Positions 42,530 to 55,084 of a DNA stretch of 64,000 nucleotides are shown piece by piece. This DNA comes from Octopus sinensis (Eukaryota). Positions within the stretch are counted from its first letter, which is position 1. Each line of letters opens with the position of its first letter. The translations under genes and the position numbers were made by a program. The notes beneath the pieces are model-generated. The model was not told where the DNA came from. It made no database searches and was given only the letters and a program-made list of their open reading frames with translations. Where the stretch lies: assembly GCF_006345805.1 (NCBI RefSeq), contig NC_042997.1, forward strand, positions 96,720,001-96,784,000, written 5' to 3'.

Positions 42530-42561
<32 letters not shown>

Positions 42562-42980
42562 TGTATGTATGTATGTATGTATGTATGTATGTATGTATGT
42601 ATAAGATTAAGCGTTTACTTCTTTAGAATGGCCTTCTGCGCACATTATTAAAATAGGAGGGGATAACTTGCGTTGTTCCCGAGTAATTTTAAGTTAAACT
42701 GTGTATAAATGTCACATAAATGTTTCTGAAGAATGAGAGAGTGTAGGGAAAAGGCAGGGGAGAGAAAATGATACACATAACAAAAAGGAGAAAGAAATAA
42801 TGCTACACTAAGTGAGAGCCGTAAATAGGTAAGAGAATTGAGTATGAAAAAGTATTTAGATAAACTTATATTGTGCTAGAAAATTGAGTTGTTACGTAGA
42901 TTGTGGCCTTTGTTTACTTGTAAAATCTTAGTGTTTCCTCAATCACCACTATTAGATCTGCTCACCCCAATCTTCACCTC

Positions 42981-43204
42981 AACCTTTAAGCATTTAAACC
43001 GACCATATCTAACCTAAATATTCAACACATTTTATGTTCAAATCAGCCAGATCCTGCCTCTTGCATCTAACTTACAGCATCATTCTACAAAATAAACAAT
43101 CACAGGATTGAAATCTCGAAGCTACGAAATAATACAAGATCAATTCATAATAATGTGAAAGGATAAATATTATATTTGACAGAGTAATCTGAATCCTAAA
43201 GGGT
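42981..43204. mobile_element. piggyBac-like MITE, degenerate
   Basis: imperfect TIRs aacctttaagcatt / aatcctaaagggt. Confidence 0.45.
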
Positions 43205-44479
43205 AGTAAATGGTTAAAGCTACATCAATAACCAATAATCTGTTGTCCATCCTCTTAAATTCGTAATACATAAATGGGCATGCCACTTCAATTTTATATA
43301 TCAGGCATTTTTGTGCTTAACGCATTTATTTTTCCCTTTGTCTTTTTATTCATTTTTTTTTCTCTTCTTGCTGTCATTAAGGGCAATTATTTCTTTGAAA
43401 TAAGATGCGTATTACATTCTGCTCAAGAAAATTACGTTTACAAATATCTGACGTTACTGAAATAATGTCGCCAGCAATATATATCGATATGTGTGTGTAT
43501 GTATACGTGTACTGGCGTATGTGTGCGTGTGATGGGCGCATGTGTTCGTGTATGTGTGTGTGTGCGTGTAATTTCAAGACATACATCGACACTCTTTGGC
43601 GAAACACTATCTGCAGGAGAAAGTTAGTCTTATAATGACATTCTTATTGTCACAAATTCCTTTTGCCAAACATAAAAGAGAAAACTCTCATTTATAACTT
43701 TTATAAATTACTTTTGAAGCTGGAAAGTCTTCTTACATCACAAAGCAATCGTATATGATCTTCTTCTTTCCACTTCGTGCAGAACGTATTACTACTGACA
43801 TTTAAGTCGTTCGCCTTAGTTCCGAGTAATTCGATTCAAAATTATTGTCTTCTTTCGTTTTAAAATCAAGCTCTACCTAAAGGTTATATTTAATAAGTTA
43901 AAACTTTCAGGAAGAAAAGAAATTTTAAATCCACCTATGGTGGTTTACAGCAAACACAAAAATAGTATAAGGTTTTATCATACTCTTGAAAATTCATATA
44001 AAACAAAACCATTTCTTTTCTTGAGTGAAAACTAATTCTCGAAACGGAAAATTTAACATGGATTTGTCTTTCTGGCTTTGTTACATTAAAGCATCTATTG
44101 AATTCTATTGTACTTGGAAAGTATTAGTCTGATTCACTCTAATTGACGTACAAGATAAGCACTATTGTTTTAAGGACTGGCACTAGAGTTTACCAGTCAT
44201 AGAAATTATAAGAAATCGAAGTACACATTTGTGTCAGGAAAAGTTTAATGAGAGTGGCAACATTTTATATCATTTTTACATGGTGCAAAATTATATTTAT
44301 CTTATTTCCAATAAATGTAGCTTCGTGAACAAATAAAACACCAATGTTTAAAATTTTGACTAAGTAAATAAAACAAAAATCGTTTCTTAAAAGTCTCATA
44401 GCAATCAAAACAAAGTGTAGTCGCTTATAGTTGGTAAAGCTAATTTTATACGTCTATCTGGTTAAGAGTATTTGGTTAA

Positions 44480-44845
44480 TCCCTATATATATAAACGGCA
44501 AAATTTCTGTGTGTGTGTGTCCTTTATACAAATCCACAATTTTTCAGTTAGAGGGCTCGCCCTTTCTATGGTCATTCAAAATCGTCCAAGGGTGGTCGTT
44601 CACATCTTTACATTTCCCCAGTCACCCCGCAAAGCCATTACAAAATCAATAGATGTGATATTTTTGTGAAATTTCTATCCAAAATCCAATCAACATGCCC
44701 AAAATTTGATACGCCAATTGAATGCCAGCTAGCTGTATGTGATTGGTCGGAGATTTGGACAGTACTCGCGTGTATGTGCGCACGCACGCAGCTGTATATG
44801 CATGCACTAGCACTATGACCCGACGTTGCCGGGTCATAGTGCTAG
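44480..44845 (+). mobile_element. short non-autonomous Helitron
   Basis: A|TCCCTATATATATAAACGG ... actagcactatgacccgacgttgccgggtcatagtgCTAG|T. Confidence 0.8.
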
Positions 44846-45547
44846 TTAGATAAATAAATGGTTTCATTATTTCAGAGTTAGCTTGTCTTATTGAAAAGAT
44901 GCAGATATTTAACAAATACAGCGACATTTATTGTCTCGTCAAAGGCTTGTATTTTGTCCATGAAAAATGGCATGAAGCATATTGACGAACTCCAGGTACT
45001 TCTAAGGGAAATATCTAATTCGCTTTTATATTTAGAGCAAAGATATAACTGTGTGTGCGTTCGAGTGTGCGCGCATGCGTGTACGTGTGTGCGTGTGTGC
45101 GTGTGTATACATACGTTTGTTTGAATGTGCGCGCGTCCGTGTGTGTATGTATGTGTGTGTGTGTGTGTGTAAGTAGCTTGTTTTTTGACATTAGATTCAA
45201 GACAAAAGGTAGAAATCAAAGAACTAAATGTTTAATTTAGAAAAGAAAGGGGGTAAAACACAGTGTCAATTATGGAAACAGATGGAATTTCATGATCGGT
45301 TGTTGCTCACAATGTAATGATAATTTTGCTGACATGTCACCATCATCTATAAAACGTTCAACGAAGAATTGTTTATAAACTCTGACACATAATTATAGTT
45401 TTAAACGTATCGTGATTTGATACTGCAAATCACGAAACAACTATTATTACTTGTGTGTACATAAATACACACACGCATACATACATGAACATACATACAT
45501 ATATACTCGCATACATACATACATACATACATACATACATACATACA

Positions 45548-45581
<34 letters not shown>

Positions 45582-45584
45582 GTA

Positions 45585-45950
45585 TTGAGAAATCTGCAGT
45601 TACTCTATCCAGATTACAAGTTCAGGTTTAAACCTGTAATTATTGGGCCCCTGGGATATGTAATACACTGCCTAAATACCAATCTTGAGAAATTAGGCTT
45701 CTTGAAACCAGAAAAGAGAAAACTGATTCGAAGACTACGCATCCAGTCCATCAGTGGAACTGTAAATTCTGTAAAATTTTCCAGTTTATCATTCAAGTAT
45801 ATACGAGCATGTCTAGATATGTAAGTATATGCATGAGAAGACATACATGAAACAAACCATACAAATCTGCCCACATACAACATGCATACAAAATACCTTG
45901 TTGATGTTAAAATGCCGCTGAAGGAACCTTGGATCTAGGTTAGAAGCTGG
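45585..45950 (+). mobile_element. 3' end of an RLE-type LINE next to (CATA)n (45470-45577)
   Basis: LLYPDYKFRFKPVIIGPLGYV...LIRRLRIQSISGTV; related fragment at 53172-53290. Confidence 0.65.
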
Positions 45951-48199
45951 CTCTTTCTCTATAGGTAAGAAATCATGAAATAAAACTGAATATATACATG
46001 CATACACACATAAATACAAAACTATATACAGTTGCAGAAACACACACACACACACACACACACATATGTATTGTATCTCAGAGTGTTATCAAGCCCATAA
46101 TGCATTCTTATAAAGTTCTTCATCTAGCAAAAGCTAGATGCACTCAGAATTTCAAGCCTCTTCTACAAGAAAACCAGCAGTAGATTGGCAAACTAAAAAC
46201 TGGAATGGGTTATTGTAATTAGCTTGACCGTCAAAACTGCAATAAAAGCTTTAGAACATTGCCAAAAACAACTGTTGCTTTGATATATATATAACTGAGA
46301 AGACATCATATAGTGAAAATTGATTAGCATGAGAAAGGTTTAATAACAAATAAGCTATTCTAACGCTAATTAATTTAGACTATACGAAGTCTTCTGAAAC
46401 GGTGAGCAATTTGTTAGAATACCCATTATGAATTATGGTGTCCAACTTCTTATCTGCTTGATTTATCAAAAATAATATCAACTTCTGCCGATAAATGGCA
46501 TAGTGTCTTGAAATGTACTGCAATATATATGACTTGCATTTCTATCAATCTCTCTGTATTGTAAGACCATATCGGTTAGAGAATTATTTGAACCTTGAAT
46601 GCATAGACATGATTGTAACGTATTTAATTTGACGGACTAACAATTCTAATGACTGGAGATATTATTTGTATGATATATCAAAGCGTCTGCACGCAATGCG
46701 CACAAGACCATATATACTCAATACAAACTCTGAAATATTTACAAATGCACACAAGTATGCTAACGTTGTCAATTTGTCTACGAAAGCAATACACACGAGC
46801 GATGAAGTCCGTTAAAACAGCACACCTGCTCGTTCACGCCAACACTTAATCACATTCATATGCGTGTGCACAAGGTCACCAAATTATCTAAGACGTACAG
46901 ATATCCCCCTACGTTACGGCTACCTCAGGTTACGAGATTTCGAGCTTAAGGAAAGTGTAAAGTATGACCATTAATTTCGGGATACATTTTGTAATTCCGC
47001 TCTGACGGAACTCGGATTACGTAGTTTTAAATCATTAACGATTTTAAAATACTTTTTTCTTAGTTCAATGACCACTAGTTATGATAAAAATATATAGTCA
47101 ACGTTATGAAAACCTATCATCACATTACACACATATATACACTAAAAGCTGATGAGGCCGAAGAAACTACATAGCATACAATGATCAAATTTTAATACTG
47201 GTGAATTCTTCGATTTGCCCATATATATTGTTATATTTGGCAACATTGTATAGACCATGAAGATGTTGTAGGTAGAGAGGATCATTTAGATCTGCTTCAA
47301 TTAGCGTTACATAAAACCTGTAAACATATTTTATATTACATAGTTTCTTATCGGCGTGTAAATAATAGTATGCAAGGGGTTGCTTCTCGCTCAGTAAACT
47401 TAAAATTTAAGAAGCAACAAGTTATGAGTTCTCAAAATCTAGACTCCCAGGTCATTATGTCGTATTGCATTGTGATGTATATATGGTAAGTTCTATACTT
47501 CTTCTTTGCAAATTCGATCTGTCTGACAATTTCTAATTCCCATTTCCATATTCTCACAATCCAAACAGCTACTGTCGTTAGAAAATTTCTGATTGGTACA
47601 AATTCACTTTTCTATGACGTTAAGTTTTATAGCTTTAATTGATCCTATCACGTTAAGTCTTATAGCTTTAATTAATTCTATTTCTGTGAATATGAATAAT
47701 TTGTATCATTATTATATTTCGCGTTCATATTCGGTGCCTTTCATGAATTAGTCATGACAATTACCTCAATAAGAGGATAACACTTTTAACTCTGCGTTAG
47801 TCACATGGGGTGTTTTGTTACTCCAAAAATTTTTAAGGGCTAGTAATTCCTAATTGGCAACTTGTTTCTTTCGCTCCCTCCCACTACTTTCTGACTCAGT
47901 AAGGGTGTATAGCTCACGGTGTGGCGCAGTTGTACCTCAGTTGTCGTGGGAGGCAGACGTCGCTTAGTCTTCAATCGGTAGTGAATCAGTGTGAACGGTA
48001 ATAGTGCATTTTACCTACAACTTACATGTTCATGCAACAAATCTATTATAATTTTTATTTCAATGAATAATTATGTCTTCAGTTCAAATTTTGAATACAA
48101 TACACATTGTAACGGAAACTATCTGCTATGTTTTTTTTTTTTTTTTTTCAGCAGCATGACAATATTTTATATAATTGTAACACTACAGGAATTTTTATA

Positions 48200-48750
48200 T
48201 TGGGGTTTGTAAACACCCCATGAGACTATCCATTTTAGGAAATCCGGCGAGATGGAAAAGGCACTCGAGGTGAGGTGTATAATCCTCTTGTCTATATGTA
48301 GAATATTCTTTGCCAGACTAGGAATTACATAAAACATCCAAACACAAAGTTTCCAAAAAGTTTTCTTCGTTCTCAACACAAGGAGGTCTTGTGCAACTGA
48401 AACCCGAGTGTCTTTTTAATCGACTGAAAATTTTGGCACAAACTTGGCAGACACGCATCTCATACCCAAATCTTCAGTGATAATCAACTGACTGAACCAT
48501 AGCTAATCTGTACATCTGATAACTCACGGATGGTGATTCGTCAATTTCTGCGATGTTTTACTCAGTTCTGCTGGTTGCAGGTCTCCAGAACGTTCGGCAC
48601 TATCGACATTTTTTCAGCCATCTTGGGAACATCAGAACTACTCATACACTTGTGTGCGGCCCTTACACTCCTCTCCATACACTTTCTGCAACTTTGCGTG
48701 GGCCTCTGAGCAGATATCACCATGACAACTTTCTCTGCCATGGTTAATGT
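48200..48750 (-). pseudogene. degraded Tc1/mariner-like remnant
   Basis: weak FQ.(D) and P.SPD motif echoes on the minus strand. Confidence 0.3.
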
Positions 48751-49405
48751 GATAAATTAATTAATATCAGATACTCTTCCCTACTCTTATTTTACTATAA
48801 CCATATAATCAACCATATCTACATAGAAGAATAAGTCTCAGAAGATACTAGAAAGATAATGATATACAGAGACGAGGCAATAACCAGAAAGAGGAAGGGT
48901 AGGGGTGACCCTAATCATAAACATATGATTATCGACTAAAAGGGGCCTAAAATGGGAAACAAAGGAGGTCACAATGAAATCTAAGTGGGGGAATGCGCAC
49001 CCAAGCTTAGCAAAATTTTTTAGATCAAAATATTAAAATTTTAAAATGTATTTAAGGACCAAATAAGAGAAGGAGGATATATAAAGCAATTTAGATTAAT
49101 TTATCTACCCTTTATCTATTTATGGTCATAGTAAAATAGGGTTAGGGAATTAATTTATCACCACCATCAAGAGTTTGACTGTCAATTCCCAGTGGTTTTC
49201 ATTCTAAGGGTTTGTAGACTACTTACTGCATTGGGTCTTTTTAATGTGATAAGGAAACAGATGAATGTAGTTATAATGGTCGTATGCGTCCGAGGAGAGC
49301 GATTTATTTCAAACTGATGTAATGTTTGCATCGATCGATTAAATGGAGGCGCTTAAAACCGCCGTAATGCACTGATACCTGGACATCCTTGTTACTTATT
49401 TGCTT

Positions 49406-49454
<49 letters not shown>

Positions 49455-49497
49455 TATATATATATAGAAATATATATATGTATATGTATATATACAT

Positions 49498-49531
<34 letters not shown>

Positions 49532-49971
49532 ATATATACACACACACATTTATATATATATATATATATATACACATTAGAATGTGTATGTGTATTATGT
49601 TTGTGTTGGTGCTATAGTGAAATATACGCATAAAAGTTTGTGCGTACAATTACAATAATACAAGTGAATTGGAAAAAATATACACACACACACACACAAA
49701 CACATTAGAGTGTGTATACGACGTGTGTGTTGGTGCAATAGTGTAATACACATGTAAATGTGCATAAGTGCGTACATTTACAATATTACAAGTGAATTGG
49801 AGAAAAAAGTTTTAGGCGTCGCAAAAGATTTAAAGAAATGAGAGATGACTAGTTTCACACCTTTTAGTTATGGCTTCCGTTACTAATAACACAGCAAAGA
49901 GAAAACATACGAAGAAGACATAAAGATATATTATACTTTCAGAAGTCATTACCACGTCAAGAGATATCTAG

Positions 49972-50031
<60 letters not shown>

Positions 50032-50145
50032 CTGTGTGTGTGTATGTGTGTGTGTGTGTGTTTGTGAGTGCGTGAGTCTGTATATATGTATATGCATGCA
50101 TTTTGAATGTATATGTTATTTCAACTACATGAATACCGCTTATGA

Positions 50146-50146
<1 letters not shown>

Positions 50147-50180
<34 letters not shown>

Positions 50181-50229
50181 GCAGGCAGACAGGCAGACAG
50201 ACAGACAGGTAGACAGGTAGATAGGTAGG

Positions 50230-50296
<67 letters not shown>

Positions 50297-50315
50297 GTAG
50301 GTAGATAGATAGATA

Positions 50316-50364
<49 letters not shown>

Positions 50365-50365
50365 C

Positions 50366-50437
<72 letters not shown>

Positions 50438-50455
50438 GGATAGATAGATAGATAT
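50147..50455. repeat. (GATA)n/(GACA)n tract
   Basis: direct sequence; second tract at 51393-51549. Confidence 0.95.
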
Positions 50456-51392
50456 GTTTCTTTATTAGCCACACAGGGCTGCACACAGACGGGACAAATT
50501 ACAAGGTAGAGCTTTTCTTTTGGGGGATAAAAAAGGGGGTTTGGTTTTCGATCAAAAGGGATCGTAAAAGGAAAGAAAGAGGAAAGCAAAAAAGGGGGGA
50601 GAATAAAAGGAAAAAGAAAATTTGATCAATAGGGATCGTTATCACAGAAATGTTAATATAAAGTGTAAAGAGGAGGACAGGTGAGGTTTACCCGTGGAAA
50701 GAAAAGCCTACGGAAAAGACCACGGTAACCTCGGTCAATGAAGCCACATGTTATATTTTTTTACAAATAAGCAACTCTCTGTATTAATTTTTACGGTTGA
50801 TAGGATCATGGTCAAGATGGCTTCGTTATTCATACGTGCCATCCTTGCTACATTCACCCATCTTTTTTTAAAACATTCACTAGACAAAACTTGCCTCTCT
50901 ACTCTCACTTTCCTCTTCAAGTGATACTTGAAGAAGTTGATGAGAGATTGACCAGAGAGGAAAGTGTTTGTCTCTAATCCTTTCAGGCGAGTCCACCAGA
51001 TACATTCTTTCGCCATAGCCACAAGTATGATGAAAATAGCTCTTCCCTCCCGTTTGAGGGAAGGAGGCGTGACGATATTAACGATAGACTCGACTGATAA
51101 ACCGACACGTCCCACACGTGACAGCAGTCGTTCGACATAAGCCCACAGGTCGGAGATTGTTGGACACTACACGATTGCGTGCAGAACAGTTTCGTCGCTC
51201 TGCCCGCATCTCGGACAGGTCGGCCCCGTATTTCTCGAGCCATGCCTATAGAGCTTATCCCGAACGGGTAGCGCTTCTCGGTAGCACTGCCAAGCCAGAG
51301 ATCTCTGGAAGTTGTCCATAGGTCCCGGCCCGAAAGTCGTCTCAAACAGGCGGGTCAGGTATTCCTCGTCGACGCCCAGGTTCGCCCCAAGT
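50456..51392 (-). mobile_element. 5'-truncated L1/Tx1-clade LINE (ORF2 C-terminus plus 3' UTR) in (GATA)n
   Basis: AWQCYREALPVRDKLYRHG...CPRCGQSDETVLHA..*C zinc knuckle, continuing into ORF 50735-51115; 3' end aataaagaaacat runs into (ATCT)n. Confidence 0.85.
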
Positions 51393-51548
<156 letters not shown>

Positions 51549-51649
51549 TTATGGTCGGTCTATGGGGTTACCCGAGGTTTAACGTCCACAAAGCGCTTAG
51601 CTTTGCTGCGTTTTTTTCAGTGGGGGTCTGAAGAAACGCTGTAAAGCTA

Positions 51650-52431
51650 AGGACCTATTTGTGTCAAGTGAATTAAGAAAATTCTGCGAAATGTTCACGG
51701 TAGAACATAAAACGAATGCACCTCACCATCCCAGATCAAATGGACAGGTAGAACATTTTGAGGATATTTTTAAAAGAGCTTTGAGAAAAGCAGACAAGGA
51801 AGTCACAAATGAAGTCGCTCTGCAGCAATTCCTAAGGGTATACAGGGTGACACCCTAATACACCAGCAAGAAGCTCACCAGTAGAACTGATGTTTTCGAG
51901 AAAGGTGAAATCAGTTTTTGATAAAATGTTACTTGGCAAGGAAAGAAAAAGTACCAGGAAAAGTAATTCAAGGTTTTTCAAAATTGGTGATAAGGTGTAC
52001 ATGAGGTCGTATAAAAACGGAAAACAGTACTGGGAAGAAGGCGAAATTACAAAGTACACAGGAGAAATTATATATAGTATTTAAGGCAGAAAAGGTATTG
52101 AAAAATGACACAGAAACCAATTCAAGAAGAGGTTCATAGAAAATGAACCAGACAGACTGGAAAATCCTATGGAATGGCTGTATGACACAATCAAGGTACC
52201 AGCACCGTTACAGGTGATCGAACACGCGTACAAGTTGAAGAAAAGGGAAGAACGCTGAGTTCCTACAAATAGACGCCAAAAATTAAAAAATATTAAGTTG
52301 GAAAAAAAACGTTTAAAAGGAAGAGGGGTGAATAAAGTAACATAAAAGTACATGCTTTCCAAAGAAAAAAGAGAAAAAACTAAAATGAGAAATGTTGTAG
52401 TGAAAATGGTACACACCTTACCCCGTAACAA
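51650..52431 (+). mobile_element. Gypsy LTR retrotransposon 3' remnant: integrase C-terminus, PPT, short LTR candidate
   Basis: HHPRSNGQVEHFEDIFKRAL, FLRVYRVTP, SPVELMF, IGDKVY; PPT aaaaggaagagggg (52315-52328) followed by TG. Confidence 0.8.
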
Positions 52432-52459
52432 AGTGGTATGACGGGCCGCTAGAAAGTAA

Positions 52460-53170
52460 GGTAGTCAGTCGTTGTAGAAAAGGTCAGTAGTAGTGGAGGC
52501 TTCCGGTTTATGGTTGTTCAGTTGCATTGTTGAATTTGTTTGGTACACTGGTGTGTCTTTTTTGTTTGTTTGTTTGTTTTTGTTTTGTTTTGTATTTTGC
52601 TGTCCTGGAGGAGCAACTTTTTGCCTCTTGTGTGATGGAGGGGCGTAGCGCAAGAATTTGGGAGAAGTTGAAGTATTCTTCCCTAGAATATAAGTCATCT
52701 GAGGAGGAATTAGTTGAATACTTAAACAAGATGGACAAGGAAATGGAGAAGAATAACTATGCGTGGCGGCTGGAGAAAAGATTGAAGATGTGAATTTCAA
52801 AGAGTTGAGTGAGTTCAAGAAAATGCTTGAAAGGGAGGAGAACGAGGTGAAGCTCCCCCCAGAGAAAAAAGTATTAATGGACAAGGAAGAAAGAACAATT
52901 GTGTACAGAACTTACGCCACAGCAACAAGGAAAATTGAAGTAGTGTCGGAGGCACAGGTGGAATAGGCACTGAGGTTAGTCTGGCAGGAGATAGCATACC
53001 TTGCCAGGGGACGAAAATATGGAACGGTGGAGGTGCAGTTTAAGAAGATATCAACTGCCAGACTATACTCAGCTACACAGATGAAGACAGACGAGGTGGT
53101 GCTTCTACCCGTGTACCTTGGGGTGTGGTGTAATTCCAGGGTTCGGGTGGAAGACATGGCACCAGAAAAA
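52460..53170 (+). pseudogene. probable L1/Tx1-type 5' UTR and ORF1 fragment
   Basis: joined frames give EERTIVYRTY...ALRLVWQEIAYLARGRKYGTVEVQF...VLLPVYLG; ORF1 assignment is from recall only. Confidence 0.45.
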
Positions 53171-54675
53171 GAGACAAATGATTCGAAGACTACAGATCCA
53201 ATCCATCACTGGAACTGTAAATGTCTGTAAAACTCTCCAGAAGTTTATCATTTAAGTATATATGAGAATACGTACATAAATCTGTTGTGGGGAATTAGTA
53301 ATAATGGTACACCCCCCCCCCTACGTGACAAGTGGAATGAGAGGTCAATATAAGTAAAGAAAGTACGTAGATTACGAGAGTACGTGTAGACTGTGTTGAT
53401 AGTCATGCCTATGATGATATGGTAATTATAGTGTGTTACTGAGTGGATATTATAACGATCCAAATTTTTTAGGATAATAACACTGTACGACTGGGAGTGG
53501 TACAGTGCCAAATAGAAACATCCTTCAGATGACTTCAGAATATAACGATATCTCAGAACGGCAACCACCCTCAAAAGACAGACGCAATAGTGTCAAATGA
53601 CCGCTTTATAACAAAAACAAAACACAAATCTACATGCATACATGATGGCTGCCCACTCGTTATCGAGTATGGCCATTGCACGAAGGTTAACAGTTATTGG
53701 TGCTTTGATCGAATGTGACTTTTATTTGCTTTTTAACGTTACAGCCAGAAAAAACGTGCCAAAGTGCGGATGAACTCTGTGCACAAAACGGCCACCTAAC
53801 TGCTGGGATTGTAAGGTCCTTATTTTTATTTAGACTTCTCTTAGAAGGAAATTCCTAAATTGCACTCGCATCATTGCGATGCCAAAGAGCTTGCACCTAC
53901 CTAGATTACTTGACTTTGTAGGTGAGCGACTATGTGGTGTTGTGCAAATTATTATTGACTTTATTATTACTTTAACTAATACGACCACCGTAATACTGCT
54001 ATTTTCGTTCTAAGAAACTCCCGTATAGACGTGTAGTGAATACACGCACAGAGATACTGGTATCAAAAGAAAACCCTCCTACATCGGTTGTAGAACTGCT
54101 GTATCACTTTATTTCGGTTTGCTTTGTGCTTCATCAGTAGGAGATCTCCACTAACACTGCATGCTGGCTAATTCTCTCTGCCACCGATACACAAAGAAAC
54201 AGCGACTATTCAGTGAGAAGTGTCGCTAAAGCCCACCACGCCGAAATTAAGTGATACACTAGTTCCACTACTGTTGCCGAACAGTTCTCATCTGCAGCCA
54301 AAATCTCTGTGCTTCATGCGCTAAATGAGAGACCGTCTCCGGACGAATATTTCAGTATTACAGTGCCCTTATAATCCACGTGAACTAGTATTTAAAGATA
54401 CATATATTTAAAACGATAGACAATTTATATCCATATCAATAGTTTTATATTGCATACAAATGTTTATTGGGTGTCTTATTTCTCATTAGACTAACCGATT
54501 TAATTAACAATTTTTATCATTGTCTTAAACTGATATCAATATGTGACCTCTTTAAACTAGTAACTTTCATTCAAGTCTTATATCTTTATATCCTGATCAT
54601 TTCGACATCGCAATTCTATGAATAATGGCATTACATATTACGTATGAAATACTTATACTACTTACTTAAACTTGG

Positions 54676-54721
54676 TACACATGATACACACAAACTCCCC
54701 ACACACACACATATATATATG

Positions 54722-54770
<49 letters not shown>

Positions 54771-54844
54771 AATAATGTTACATACATACATATATGCACA
54801 CATATATGTATTGAAGTGTGGGGAGTTTGTGAGTATCATGTGTA
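54676..54844. repeat. 29-bp inverted repeat around a (TA)n tract
   Basis: tacacatgatacacacaaactccccacac / gtgtggggagtttgtgagtatcatgtgta, 1 mismatch. Confidence 0.85.
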
Positions 54845-55084
54845 TATATATATATAGAATTAAGAAATTTCAAATCAGGTAAACCGCAATGAACACATAT
54901 GTCGACGGGTTTAATTAAGATAAAATTGTCGAAGAAAAGATATTGATATATTCAAAATACATATAAAAACATAAAAATACATATAGCCATATAAATATAT
55001 TAATACGCAATACGGTAATGATAAAAAGAAGTATAAGATTATAGATCTTTTAAAAATAAGTTATATAGTGAAGTGAAAATAATA

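Noticed and set aside
47149-47167. ctgatgaggccgaagaaac, resembling a textbook hammerhead core
   Set aside because: No stem II partner, no NUH site and no stem I complement.
48750-49160. Imperfect inverted repeats, possible MITE
   Set aside because: AT-rich, interrupted arms and no TSD identified.
49572-49808. Diverged ~125-bp tandem duplication
   Set aside because: Ordinary local duplication between microsatellites.
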